This document shows, in pieces, positions 1 through 9,800 of a DNA stretch of 38,253 nucleotides (positions are counted from its first letter, which is position 1; each line of letters opens with the position of its first letter). This stretch comes from Promethearchaeia archaeon (GTDB lineage: Archaea; Asgardarchaeota; Lokiarchaeia; Sigyniarchaeales; SOKP01), in contig JAHQWL010000051.1 of NCBI GenBank assembly GCA_029856155.1, positions 1 through 38,253 on the forward strand. The letters run 5' to 3'. The notes under the pieces are model-generated. The model did not search any database, was not told the origin of the DNA, and was given only the letters and a program-made list of their open reading frames with translations. The position numbers and the translations under genes are program-made.

Positions 1-97
1 TGAAATAAAATAATATAAGCCATATATTTAAATAATTTAGGGCAAAAAAATTAATTAGATATTTTGTAGATCTTTTTAAAATAGAATTAAATTAAAG

Positions 98-1768
98 TTG
101 AAAACAATGGATTCAAATTTATTTACATTTATTGTTGGCGGTAAAGCTGGAGAAGGGGTAAAAAAAGCAGGCTCTGTTGCCGCTCATATATTTTCAAGCA
201 TGGGGCGACATGTGTTTCAAATGGATGATTATATGAGTTTAATAAGGGGTGGACATAACTTTTCGGTTGTAAGTACAACACCAAGATGGATAAGTAGTCA
301 ATATATGAAAGCAAACCTTGTGGTAAATTTTGACAAAAGAAGCTGTGATACACATACCAATGATATTGCAGAAAATGGGATTATGGTTTATAATTCAGAT
401 GAACAAGAACTTGAAACTGGCATTGATATCCCTTTAACAACAGAAGCAGAAAATTACCCAATGAAAAAATTAATGTTTGGTGTTGGTGCTGTAGCAATAT
501 TAGCCGCAACAATTGGATTTGAAGGAGAAGAAATGAATCAGATTATTAAAGAGGAATATCCAACAGGAATTGAAGAGAATATCGCCTTTGCAGATACAAT
601 TTATAATATGGTCTACCCTTATTGTGGAAAGAAATTTACCTTAGAGAAAGGTGATAAAAAGAGACCAATTATCACAGGAAATGAAGCAATCAGCTTAGGA
701 GCAATTGCTGGGGGTTTAAACGTTTACTATGGATATCCTATGACTCCTGCATCATCAATTTTACACTTTCTTGCTCAACAAGCTGAAAATTTTGGCTTAG
801 CTGTGGTTCATGCTGAAAGTGAAATAGCAGTTATTAATATGGCAATTGGTTCAGCTTTCACAGGAGCAAGAGCTATGGTTGGGACAAGTGGAGGTGGTTT
901 TGCTCTTATGACTGAAGGCTTCTCATTAGCAGGTATTACGGAAACCCCTTTATTAGTCATATTATCTCAGAGACCAGGACCCGCGACAGGAGTTCCTACT
1001 TATACAGAACAAGCTGACTTAGCTTTTGCATTAACTGCAGGTCATGGAGATTTCTTAAGAATAGTTGCTTCACCTAGAACCGTTAGAGAAGCGTATTATC
1101 TAACCGCCGAAATGTTAGATTTGGTATGGAAATTTCAGACTCCAGGGATATTACTTACTGAAAAACATCTCTCAGAAAGTAGTATGACAGTCGAAATTGA
1201 TTTAGAAAAGGCGAAATGGGCTGAGCCTAAAATGCATGAAAATGGTGAGTATAAACGATATTTAGATACTGATGATGGAATTTCTCCTATGATGTTTCCA
1301 CCATCAAAAAAAGTAATTAAATGGAATAGTTATGAACATGATGAATTTGGGATAACAACAGAAAATGGTGAAAAGATATCTTTTATGCATGATAAAAGAA
1401 ATAAAAAGTTAGAAACCCTTATAGAATATTTGAAAAAGCAAGATACTGTGAGAATAATTCGTGGTGAAAATCCTACTAATATCTTTACCTACGGATCAAC
1501 CTATATGAGTGTTTTAGAGGCTCTCAAGTATGGAAGAATGAATCCTACCACTATTGCACCAATATATTTGAGTCCTTTGCCGATTTGGGACTTAGAGGAA
1601 TTCAAGGATCAAGATAATATTGTTGTTGAACAGAGTTCTTCAGGACAATTTACTAATCTTCTTAAAGAAAAAGCGGGATTAAAGATTAGAAATACAATAA
1701 AGCAATATAACGGACGTCCATTTGATCCAGTTGAATTATCAAAAAAAATAAAGGAGGTGCTTCAATAA
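98..1768 (+). CDS. korA: 2-oxoacid:ferredoxin oxidoreductase alpha subunit (with fused N-terminal gamma domain)
   Basis: 556 aa. N-terminal GGKAGEG and IRGGHN gamma-domain motifs; YGYPMTPAS, ESEIAVI, TSGGGFALM and QRPGPATG motifs. Start is TTG 98 or ATG 107. Substrate specificity cannot be determined. Confidence 0.9.
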   Translation: MKTMDSNLFTFIVGGKAGEGVKKAGSVAAHIFSSMGRHVFQMDDYMSLIRGGHNFSVVSTTPRWISSQYMKANLVVNFDKRSCDTHTNDIAENGIMVYNSDEQELETGIDIPLTTEAENYPMKKLMFGVGAVAILAATIGFEGEEMNQIIKEEYPTGIEENIAFADTIYNMVYPYCGKKFTLEKGDKKRPIITGNEAISLGAIAGGLNVYYGYPMTPASSILHFLAQQAENFGLAVVHAESEIAVINMAIGSAFTGARAMVGTSGGGFALMTEGFSLAGITETPLLVILSQRPGPATGVPTYTEQADLAFALTAGHGDFLRIVASPRTVREAYYLTAEMLDLVWKFQTPGILLTEKHLSESSMTVEIDLEKAKWAEPKMHENGEYKRYLDTDDGISPMMFPPSKKVIKWNSYEHDEFGITTENGEKISFMHDKRNKKLETLIEYLKKQDTVRIIRGENPTNIFTYGSTYMSVLEALKYGRMNPTTIAPIYLSPLPIWDLEEFKDQDNIVVEQSSSGQFTNLLKEKAGLKIRNTIKQYNGRPFDPVELSKKIKEVLQ

Positions 1769-1769
1769 G

Positions 1770-2609
1770 ATGGAAGATCTTAAAACTTATGCTGAAATTA
1801 CATGGTGTCCAGGATGTGGAAATTTTGGAATTTTTACTGCGATGAGAAATGCAATCCCTCTATTAGAGCAAAAAGGTATCAAAAGAGAGAATATAGTTAT
1901 GACTGCCGGAATAGGTTGTCATGCAAAAATTTTCGATTACCTTAATTTAAGTGGAATTTATGGATTGCATGGACGTAATTGTTCAAATTCTGAAGGTATC
2001 AAAATAGCAAATCCCGATTTAAAAGTAATTAACTTTTCGGGAGACGCAAATGGATTAGCGGAAGGTTTGGCACATACTATGTTCGCAGCAAAAAGGAACC
2101 AAGATATAACATTTATTTTACATAATAACAGTGTGTATGCTCTCACTACGGGTCAATTTTCGCCATTAGCAGAAAAAGGTTGGAAAGGACCATCTACTCC
2201 CAGGGGTAGCTATGAAGAACCATTTAATCCAATGTCTTTAATGATCGAAGCTGGTGCTACTTTTGTTGCAAGAGGTTTTTCTGGAGATATTAAACATCTC
2301 ACTGATCTTATAGTACAAGGAGTAGAACATGAAGGTTTCACTTTCATAGAAGTCTTGCAACCAGCTGTTCCGTACCATAAGTGGGAAGAATATAGGGAAA
2401 ACATTGAGTATCTTGAAAACGAACCAGAAAATTACATAGATGCGATAAAAATATCTAAAGAAAAGCATAAATTTACTTTAGGTGTGTTTTATCGAACTCA
2501 CCGATCTATTTATCACAAGGAACTTTATGGAGATCATAATCCTATTGCTAATAGACTGTCAAGGGAAACACGGCTAAATAAAATCCGCAAAATTCTTGGA
2601 TCTAAATAA
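1770..2609 (+). CDS. korB: 2-oxoacid:ferredoxin oxidoreductase beta subunit (TPP-binding)
   Basis: WCPGCGNFG, GIGC, LHGR, GD..HNN TPP motif and TTGQFSP. Starts 1 nt after the alpha-subunit stop; GGAGGTG upstream. Confidence 0.92.
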   Translation: MEDLKTYAEITWCPGCGNFGIFTAMRNAIPLLEQKGIKRENIVMTAGIGCHAKIFDYLNLSGIYGLHGRNCSNSEGIKIANPDLKVINFSGDANGLAEGLAHTMFAAKRNQDITFILHNNSVYALTTGQFSPLAEKGWKGPSTPRGSYEEPFNPMSLMIEAGATFVARGFSGDIKHLTDLIVQGVEHEGFTFIEVLQPAVPYHKWEEYRENIEYLENEPENYIDAIKISKEKHKFTLGVFYRTHRSIYHKELYGDHNPIANRLSRETRLNKIRKILGSK

Positions 2610-2681
2610 TGAATAAGTTTTATTTTTAATTTTTTTAAGTACCATTACAAAAATTTATAGTATAGGATATACTCGAAGTAT

Positions 2682-3662
2682 TTACCTAGGAGAAAATGTT
2701 CCTTGATCTACATCTTTGATAAATTTTATTAATCCATCAAAATATATCTTCTGATCGTCATAAAAGGCACAATGGCTACCATTGGGGCATAAAAGAAATT
2801 GTCCCTGCTGTACTTGGGTTGATACCCATCTCATATGTTCTGGATCCATAGTATCGTGAGTAGCTCCGATTACTAATGTAGGTATTTTTATTTTTGGCAA
2901 ATCAGAGATTCTATCCCAATTTTCTAACTTTCCACTGATACCAAATTCACTAGGTCCCTGCATTGGTATATAGACATCTTCATTAAGGTGTTTGAACGTT
3001 CGATTAATAGGTTCTGGCCACTGATCAATTGGTATACGAAGAAAACGTTCAGCATAATAATTAGGCAGCAATAACTCCATGTAACGAGGATTATCAAAAT
3101 TTCCTTTGGCTTCCAACTCCCTAATTTCAGCTAATACTTTTGGATTAAGTTTAGGCCCTAATACTTCATCAGCATATTTCCCATAAGCTGGGGCGCTCAT
3201 CATCATATTAGAGATAACTAGAGCCTTGAGATTATCCTGATATTTCAGAGCATACTCAACTGCTAGTATACCACCCCAAGATTGCCCTAACAGGTAGAAG
3301 TTTGATTTGTTTAATTTTAGGGCTTTTCTAACCTGCTCTACTTCCTCGACAAATCTGGATGTCTCCCATAAGCTGGGTTCTGTAGGTTGGTCACTATAAT
3401 AGGATCCCAACTGGTCGTAATAGTAGTATTCAATTCCCTCTGCTGGAAAAAAGCTATCAAAACATTCAAAATATTCATGGGTTCCACCAGGACCTCCATG
3501 CAAAAGAAGTATTTTGATTCTGGGATTATTTCCAATCCTTTTCGTCCAGACTTTAAATTCACCGAATGGAGTCTGGATGGGTATCATCCTTATTCCACCC
3601 GTTAAAATATCTTCTCGACCGGTAGTATTAAAGTAATCACTTAGAGTTTTTTCAGATGGCAT
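2682..3662 (-). CDS. pip: Proline iminopeptidase-family alpha/beta hydrolase (S33, tricorn-interacting factor F1-like)
   Basis: LHGGPG oxyanion motif, YDQLGS, GQSWGG nucleophile, GPSEF, C-terminal Asp (HDT) and His (GSH). Confidence 0.88.
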   Translation of the reverse strand: MPSEKTLSDYFNTTGREDILTGGIRMIPIQTPFGEFKVWTKRIGNNPRIKILLLHGGPGGTHEYFECFDSFFPAEGIEYYYYDQLGSYYSDQPTEPSLWETSRFVEEVEQVRKALKLNKSNFYLLGQSWGGILAVEYALKYQDNLKALVISNMMMSAPAYGKYADEVLGPKLNPKVLAEIRELEAKGNFDNPRYMELLLPNYYAERFLRIPIDQWPEPINRTFKHLNEDVYIPMQGPSEFGISGKLENWDRISDLPKIKIPTLVIGATHDTMDPEHMRWVSTQVQQGQFLLCPNGSHCAFYDDQKIYFDGLIKFIKDVDQGTFSPR

Positions 3663-3760
3663 AATAAAAATTACCTTGTTTAAAATTGGCTTTTTACGCT
3701 TTGGATTAATAGTATAATTTTAAGAGAATTTATTATTTAATTTTTATGTTTTGAAAATTT

Positions 3761-4027
3761 TTTATAGAAGTTTTACAACCAGCTGTTCCCTACCATATTT
3801 GGGCTGAATAAAGAGAACGAGTTGAATATCTCGAAAAAGAACCAGAAACATATTTTGAAGCCATTAAGGCCGCTAAGGAGAGACATAAGTTTATAATAGG
3901 AGTATTTCATAGAACGACTAGACCAGTTTATCATAAAGAGTTATATGGGGATCATAACCCTATTATTAAAAGACAGTCGAAGGATACACGATTAGATGAA
4001 ATTCGCAAAATTCTTGAATCAAAATAA
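3761..4027 (+). pseudogene. Orphan, diverged copy of the 3' end of korB
   Basis: Translates to FIEVLQPAVPYHIWAE*RERVEYLEKEP...HKELYGDHNPIIKRQSKDTRLDEIRKILESK*. Collinear with korB 2343-2609, 62/88 aa identical by hand alignment. No start codon; internal TAA at 3809-3811. Confidence 0.92.
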
Positions 4028-4172
4028 CGAAAAATTTTTAACTTTAATCGATTGCAGTTTCTATTATTGGAATATTAAGGTTATTCATTTCCAATTTATA
4101 TGGCAATTTTAAATTGAAATATTTCATTTTTCCAATTTATTACCAAATAGTTAGTTATAAATAATCAATTTT

Positions 4173-5381
4173 ATGAAGTCTATCCATAATAAATCCAGCT
4201 TTTCGCAGCAAATAGTCATTTTAATGACAATTTTTATTGATGCTACTGGTTATGCTATGATAAGACCTCTAATATCATTTTATGCATTATCTTTTAACGT
4301 AGGAGCTTTCGCTTTGGGAATTTTAATGAATATGTTTGCTTTAATGCAATTCATTTTTTCTCCAATTTTAGGCAGATTATCAGATAAGTATGGTAGACGA
4401 TCTCTGCTTTTAATTTCAATTTCTATTTCAAGTTTTAGCTTTTTATTATTTACAATTGCAGATTCTTTTTGGATGCTCCTCTTATCAAGGTCCATTTCTG
4501 GCATGGCTACTGAAATATCTATTGCTCAAGCTTATATGGCCGATATAACTACAAATGAAAAAAGAACAGCTGGTTTGGGAAAAGTTAGAGCTGCCTTCTC
4601 TGCAGGAGTGATTATAGGCCCCTCAATAGGGGGTTTTTTAAGCATTTTTGGATATTGGGTTCCAGGAGTATTAACAATAGCTTTAACAATTATTAATCTT
4701 ATCATGGTATATTTTTTCCTACCTGAGACGAGAGTAATTGTTAAGGATAATAAAATACAAAAATCAAAAACTGAAGGTTTTATAAAAAATTTGAAAAACG
4801 CATTTAAAAAGCCTTTAATACCCTCACTACTCTTAATTTACTTTATCGTTGTTCTATCATTTGCGGCAATTCCTGTATTAATACCATTATTTACAATAGA
4901 TTTTTTTTATTTTGATGAAATTCAATTATCATTTGTATTCATGTTCATAGGAATTCTGCAATTTATCACCCAAGGATTTTTTATGGGAATACTTTCAGAA
5001 AGGATGGGAGAGGGAAAACTTATAATGGTTGGGATAATCTTTGTCTTTATTGGTACTTTATTAATGCCAATTATTCCAATTGTGATTGCTTTTTATTTTT
5101 TTATTGCGTTAATATCAACAGGTAGTGGTTTTGTTAGAACTTCCATTCCCAGCTTAATTTCTAAATTGAGTAGTGAAGATGAACAAGGAGGATTTTTGGG
5201 AATTTCACAATCAGTTGTTAGCTTTGCTTTTATACCAGGTCCACTAATTGCGGGTTACTTTTATGAGTTTATTGCCATTTCAGCACCATTTTTCTTTAGT
5301 GCTATATTGCTAGTAGCTTCATTTATTTTAAGTTTGAAAATCTATTTTCAATTGAAAAAAGTAATAGGATTGGAGAAATAA
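4173..5381 (+). CDS. MFS transporter (TetA/DHA1-like)
   Basis: 402 aa, about 12 hydrophobic segments; MFS motif A GRLSDKYGRR and antiporter motif GVIIGPSIGG. Confidence 0.88.
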   Translation: MKSIHNKSSFSQQIVILMTIFIDATGYAMIRPLISFYALSFNVGAFALGILMNMFALMQFIFSPILGRLSDKYGRRSLLLISISISSFSFLLFTIADSFWMLLLSRSISGMATEISIAQAYMADITTNEKRTAGLGKVRAAFSAGVIIGPSIGGFLSIFGYWVPGVLTIALTIINLIMVYFFLPETRVIVKDNKIQKSKTEGFIKNLKNAFKKPLIPSLLLIYFIVVLSFAAIPVLIPLFTIDFFYFDEIQLSFVFMFIGILQFITQGFFMGILSERMGEGKLIMVGIIFVFIGTLLMPIIPIVIAFYFFIALISTGSGFVRTSIPSLISKLSSEDEQGGFLGISQSVVSFAFIPGPLIAGYFYEFIAISAPFFFSAILLVASFILSLKIYFQLKKVIGLEK

Positions 5382-5448
5382 TATAAAAGTAAACAAAAAG
5401 GTAATAAATCTATGTAAATGTCTTTATATTCTTTTAAAATTTTTTTAA

Positions 5449-6804
5449 TTAGAGATTAATGCGCCCTATTACTCTAAATGGTAAGGATTCAATGAATTTA
5501 TCGTAATCATAGATTCTTCTTCCATCCACAAGGTTAGGCGTTTTCATGTGTTTCTTAAAATCATCGGGAGTAAGTACTGAAAAATCTTCCCATTCAGTAA
5601 TTAATAAAGCACATTCAGAATCTTTTAAGGCTTCTTCTATGGAGTTAGCATATTTAATTTTATCCCCTATTTCTTCTTCTGCTGTTTTGAGAGCTTTAGG
5701 ATCATAGCCAATGATATCAGTTACTCCTCTTCTTCTTAATTCATTGATAACTCTGATACTTGCTGCTTCTCGCATGTCATCTGTACCTGGTTTGAAAGCA
5801 AGACCAAGTAATGTAACTTTCTTGCCAGCTAGTTTTCCAGCTAATTCTTCTGCAATATCTACAATATGAATAGCTTGATCATCGTTTATCTCTAGAACCG
5901 CCTCTAATAATCTTGAAGTGTATCCTTTAGATTTCGACCATGCCTTTATCGCATTTACATCTTTATGAAAGCAAGAACCGCCAAAGCCTACACCTGCGCG
6001 CAAAAATCTCGAATTTATTCTATAATCAAGGCCTACACCTTTCATAACTTGCGATATATCTACATTTGGGACTAATTCTGCAAAATTAGCGAATTCATTA
6101 GCATAGCTTATTTTTGTTGATAACAAGCAATTATTACCATATTTAACTAATTCAGCACTTTCCAAATTCATTCGTAAAATAGGGCATGTTTTTAAGTGAT
6201 CTCCATAAAAATATTCATAAAATTCTTGGAGCATCGCACCGCTTTTTTCATCGAATTCACCAATAACAATCCTATCTGGATGTAAGGTATCTTCAATTGA
6301 ACGCCCCTCAGCTAAAAATTCTGGTTGCATGCATAACCCATAATCTTTTCCCGGTTTTTTCCCAGAGACCTCCTCTATAATTTTGGAAACTAAATTTCTA
6401 GTAGTACCGGGAACAACCGTTGATCTTACTACTACTAAATGATACTTATTCTTACTCTTCAATGCTTCCCCGATTTCTCGAGCAGTACTCTCTATAAAAC
6501 TCAAATTAATACTTTTATCTTCTCTCATTGGAGTTCCTTGAGTAATCATAGAAATATCAGTTTCCAACACGGCTTTAACAGGATTAGTAAGACAACGTAA
6601 AAGTTCTGGATTCTTTTTTTTAATATCATCCATCATTTCTTGAAGTCCTGCTTCAAAAAAAGGAGCTTTTCCATCATTGATTATAGAAACTTTCATTTCG
6701 TTATGCGTAGATGCTAAAACTTTAATATCTTTATTAGCAAAACATGCTGCTGAGCAGAGGCCAATAAAGCCTGTCCCGAGAATTGATAAACTGTACTTAT
6801 ACAT
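5449..6804 (-). CDS. ugd: UDP-glucose/GDP-mannose dehydrogenase family protein
   Basis: GTGFIG Rossmann motif, STVVPGT, PEFLAEG, GFGGSCFHKD catalytic Cys and LAFKPGTDDMRE. Confidence 0.88.
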   Translation of the reverse strand: MYKYSLSILGTGFIGLCSAACFANKDIKVLASTHNEMKVSIINDGKAPFFEAGLQEMMDDIKKKNPELLRCLTNPVKAVLETDISMITQGTPMREDKSINLSFIESTAREIGEALKSKNKYHLVVVRSTVVPGTTRNLVSKIIEEVSGKKPGKDYGLCMQPEFLAEGRSIEDTLHPDRIVIGEFDEKSGAMLQEFYEYFYGDHLKTCPILRMNLESAELVKYGNNCLLSTKISYANEFANFAELVPNVDISQVMKGVGLDYRINSRFLRAGVGFGGSCFHKDVNAIKAWSKSKGYTSRLLEAVLEINDDQAIHIVDIAEELAGKLAGKKVTLLGLAFKPGTDDMREAASIRVINELRRRGVTDIIGYDPKALKTAEEEIGDKIKYANSIEEALKDSECALLITEWEDFSVLTPDDFKKHMKTPNLVDGRRIYDYDKFIESLPFRVIGRINL

Positions 6805-6968
6805 TTTTAATCTTTTTCTTAGTTTTTGATAATAACAGAAATATTATATTTTAGTTTAAATCTTTCGATTCTCTTGATTCATTATAATATGAAGTAGTTC
6901 AGAGAAAAATTTATTACAATAAGAAAATAGATAAATCTATAAAATTTTAAAAGAGATTTAAAAAAAAA

Positions 6969-8249
6969 ATGAGTGATTTAAGAAAAAAATTAAAAATTAC
7001 AAATAAGGCTTTAGATGCGGTAAATAAATTTCTTACTGACGAGAATAATGTTTTAATATATGAATTAATTAAAATAATCGATAAATACGGTGGAGTGAAT
7101 GAAATAAATAAAAAAGCTAGAGAAGCAAGAAATTTAAATAACTTATTAGAAAGACTTAGAGCTAAAAAACCAGAATATTCAAAAGATCTTCAATGGCTAA
7201 TTGACCAGAGAGATAATAATGCTTTTATAAGTATATCAGATTATAGGAAAAAGATCCTTGGCGACAAATTATCAGAAATGGAATTTGATAAAGATTATGC
7301 AGTAACCTTGGAACTTTCTGCTTGCCAATATTTTCCCTTCTTTATTGATATAGCTAAAGCTGCGATTAATGATAAAAATTTAATGCCAGGAAGAATAATT
7401 CGTGTAAGAAAAATGAAAGAGCAAGAAGAAGATGGAGATCTATTAGCGATGGCCGCTGCTATGCAAATTATAGGAGCAACATATGTTGAGACCCTTGATA
7501 CAAAAGGTACTGCTCTTGGCTCTGATGGAATGCCTGTAAATGTCCACTTGGGAGGACCCGAAACTATTACAGGATATTTTGGTGGGGTTGGTCAACCAAA
7601 TGATTTTGCTTTAAAATGGATTGATGAATATCTTTATTATTATACAAACTATGGGATTAAACAAGTCTTAAATGTTAATCCTGGAACAGTATTGCTTGGG
7701 TATTTTATCCATAAATTAGGAATAGATAACGAATTTAAAATTTCAGTTTATATGGGTAATGATAATCCTTATGCATGTCTTTGGACTTTATTAACAGCTA
7801 AATTATTTGCCCGTGAAGATGGAACAAGTCCTTTGATCGGCTTTAACCTAGCTAATTCAATTAATAATGAAACTCTTGAACTTTCCGCATATATTAGAAA
7901 GGAATTTGGTTTTGAGGATGTTGTGAGATTAGAACATCATGTAATTGAAACTCAAAAAAGTATTGTAAGGCAACCTTATGATAAGAGAGATGAATTAGTG
8001 GAAGTTGCTAAGAAAGTAAAAAATATTAGTGCTAAACATGAAGGTGGCGATGTGGAATTAGATGGGAGCAGAGAACATCCTTCAGATATATTAGATTATT
8101 TTAGAGATAAGCAAGAAATAATAGATTCGGGCCATTGGGAATTTATGCGAAGAAATCATCTTGATAGATATATTGCTATAAACACTACTGCTAAGATCTT
8201 GACTGAAAATGGTATTGATATTATTGCAGCTCAAAATTTACATAAATAA
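6969..8249 (+). CDS. Uncharacterised soluble 426-aa protein, enzyme-like
   Basis: Long ORF with Gly/His/acidic motifs (NVHLGGPETITGYFGG, LEHH, KHEGGD, HPSDILDY). No family recognised. Ends 28 nt before the aldolase-Fae gene. Confidence 0.8.
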   Translation: MSDLRKKLKITNKALDAVNKFLTDENNVLIYELIKIIDKYGGVNEINKKAREARNLNNLLERLRAKKPEYSKDLQWLIDQRDNNAFISISDYRKKILGDKLSEMEFDKDYAVTLELSACQYFPFFIDIAKAAINDKNLMPGRIIRVRKMKEQEEDGDLLAMAAAMQIIGATYVETLDTKGTALGSDGMPVNVHLGGPETITGYFGGVGQPNDFALKWIDEYLYYYTNYGIKQVLNVNPGTVLLGYFIHKLGIDNEFKISVYMGNDNPYACLWTLLTAKLFAREDGTSPLIGFNLANSINNETLELSAYIRKEFGFEDVVRLEHHVIETQKSIVRQPYDKRDELVEVAKKVKNISAKHEGGDVELDGSREHPSDILDYFRDKQEIIDSGHWEFMRRNHLDRYIAINTTAKILTENGIDIIAAQNLHK

Positions 8250-8277
8250 GAATTAATAATAAGGAGTGTAAGAAATA

Positions 8278-9765
8278 ATGGGAAAATTTGATTTTAGACC
8301 CTCTGGGGTGATGCCAGCAATGGTAACTCCCTTTAATAAGGATGAATCAATAAATGAAGAGAATTTGAGAAATTTAGTAAATCATCTTATAGATCAAGGA
8401 GTTACTGGGCTAGTTCCAGTAGGTACAACTGGAGAATTTGTTAATATGACCTTTGAGGAACGATTAAAGGTCATTAAAATCGTTGTTGATGAGGTAAATG
8501 GGAGGGTTCCCGTAATAGCGGGAACCGGAGAAACAGGAACTAAATTAGTAATTGATGCTACAAATGCCGCAACTGACATCGGTGCTGATGCAGTATTAAT
8601 AGTTACACCATATTTTTTAAAACCAAAAGCGAAAGGGCTATATGATCATTATTTTACAATTGCAGAAAAAACTGATATTCCTATAGTATTGTATAATATA
8701 CCCGTTTGTACAGGAGTAGAATTACCTTGGACGGTGGTGGAGGATCTCGTGGATATCGAAAATATTGTTGGAATTAAAGATTCGAGTGGAGACTATAAAT
8801 ATTTTTCAGCATTATTGGAAAAGGTAAGTGATAAAATTTCAGTTCTCATCGGCTGGGATGAAAATGTTTTGGGTGCTTTAGCTGGAGGTGCTGCTGGATG
8901 TATTCTAGGCTCTGCCAACGTTATTCCTAAAATCTGGATTGAGATCTATAATCATGTAAAAAATAATCGATTACAAGAAGCTCAAGCACTTCAGAAGAAA
9001 GTTCAAAAATTAGCTAGACTTTTGATAAATTCTGGAGCTTTAGGTGCAAAATCTTGCCTAAATATGATGAAAATTCCAGTAGGTAAAACCCGTCAACCAA
9101 TTATTATAGGTGATGCACTTTCCTATGAAATAAAGGATGAATTAAGAGTTGAGCTTGAAAAACTAGGTTTGATTGAAAAAACAGAAATCCAATTTGAAAT
9201 TGGAAAAAAATCCCTTACAAGTCGTTTTTATGCTGTTGGAATTACACCCAAGAAAATTTCTGATTTCGGATTAAAAGTAGGGGAATCTCTTGTAGGAGAT
9301 CGTGCTGAACTCGCACATATTGATATACTAATAGGTAAGAAAGATGGACCCGTTGGTAATGCCTATGCCCAAGCTTTAGCTAATCCAGAAGAGGGACGTG
9401 AAGGTCTTCAGGTTATCCTTGAACCTAATATGCAAGTAAAACCAGCGACGATAATGATTCCTACAGTTCGACCTACTTCTCTCCGTCATGCAAGTCTGAC
9501 TTATGGTCCCGCTCAAGCTGCTATAGCCAAAGCAGTAATACAATGTGTTGAAGATGGCATTCTTCCGAAAGAATTAGCAGAAGACCTTGTAATAATTGTA
9601 AATGTTTTTGTTCATCCTAGTGCTAGTGCTAGAAAAAGAATATTTATCAATAATTATAAAGCAACACGTAATTCAATAAGAAAAGCAATGGAAGGATTAC
9701 CAACAGTAGATGATGCTATTGAGAATGCTGAAAATGCACGGCATCCCTTTCGTAATGATCCATAA
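8278..9765 (+). CDS. Fusion: DapA/NAL-family class I aldolase (aa ~1-300) plus formaldehyde-activating enzyme Fae domain (aa ~332-495)
   Basis: N-terminal part: MVTPF, GTTGE, LYNIP and Schiff-base Lys in GIKDSSGD. C-terminal part: VGESLVG..ELAHIDILIGKKDGPVG, KPATIMIP, GPAQAAIAKAV, NYKAT and HPF, all typical of Fae. AAGGAG SD upstream. Confidence 0.88.
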   Translation: MGKFDFRPSGVMPAMVTPFNKDESINEENLRNLVNHLIDQGVTGLVPVGTTGEFVNMTFEERLKVIKIVVDEVNGRVPVIAGTGETGTKLVIDATNAATDIGADAVLIVTPYFLKPKAKGLYDHYFTIAEKTDIPIVLYNIPVCTGVELPWTVVEDLVDIENIVGIKDSSGDYKYFSALLEKVSDKISVLIGWDENVLGALAGGAAGCILGSANVIPKIWIEIYNHVKNNRLQEAQALQKKVQKLARLLINSGALGAKSCLNMMKIPVGKTRQPIIIGDALSYEIKDELRVELEKLGLIEKTEIQFEIGKKSLTSRFYAVGITPKKISDFGLKVGESLVGDRAELAHIDILIGKKDGPVGNAYAQALANPEEGREGLQVILEPNMQVKPATIMIPTVRPTSLRHASLTYGPAQAAIAKAVIQCVEDGILPKELAEDLVIIVNVFVHPSASARKRIFINNYKATRNSIRKAMEGLPTVDDAIENAENARHPFRNDP

Positions 9766-9800
9766 ATGAAACTAACTAATAGACAATAAAATGAGTATTA

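Noticed and set aside
3761-4027. korB repeat as a diversity-generating retroelement template/variable repeat pair
   Set aside because: Mismatches are not adenine-specific and are largely synonymous third-position changes; no reverse transcriptase in the window.
4066-4140. TTCCAATTTAT direct repeats and imperfect palindromes upstream of the MFS gene
   Set aside because: Short and very AT-rich; cannot be distinguished from background by eye.
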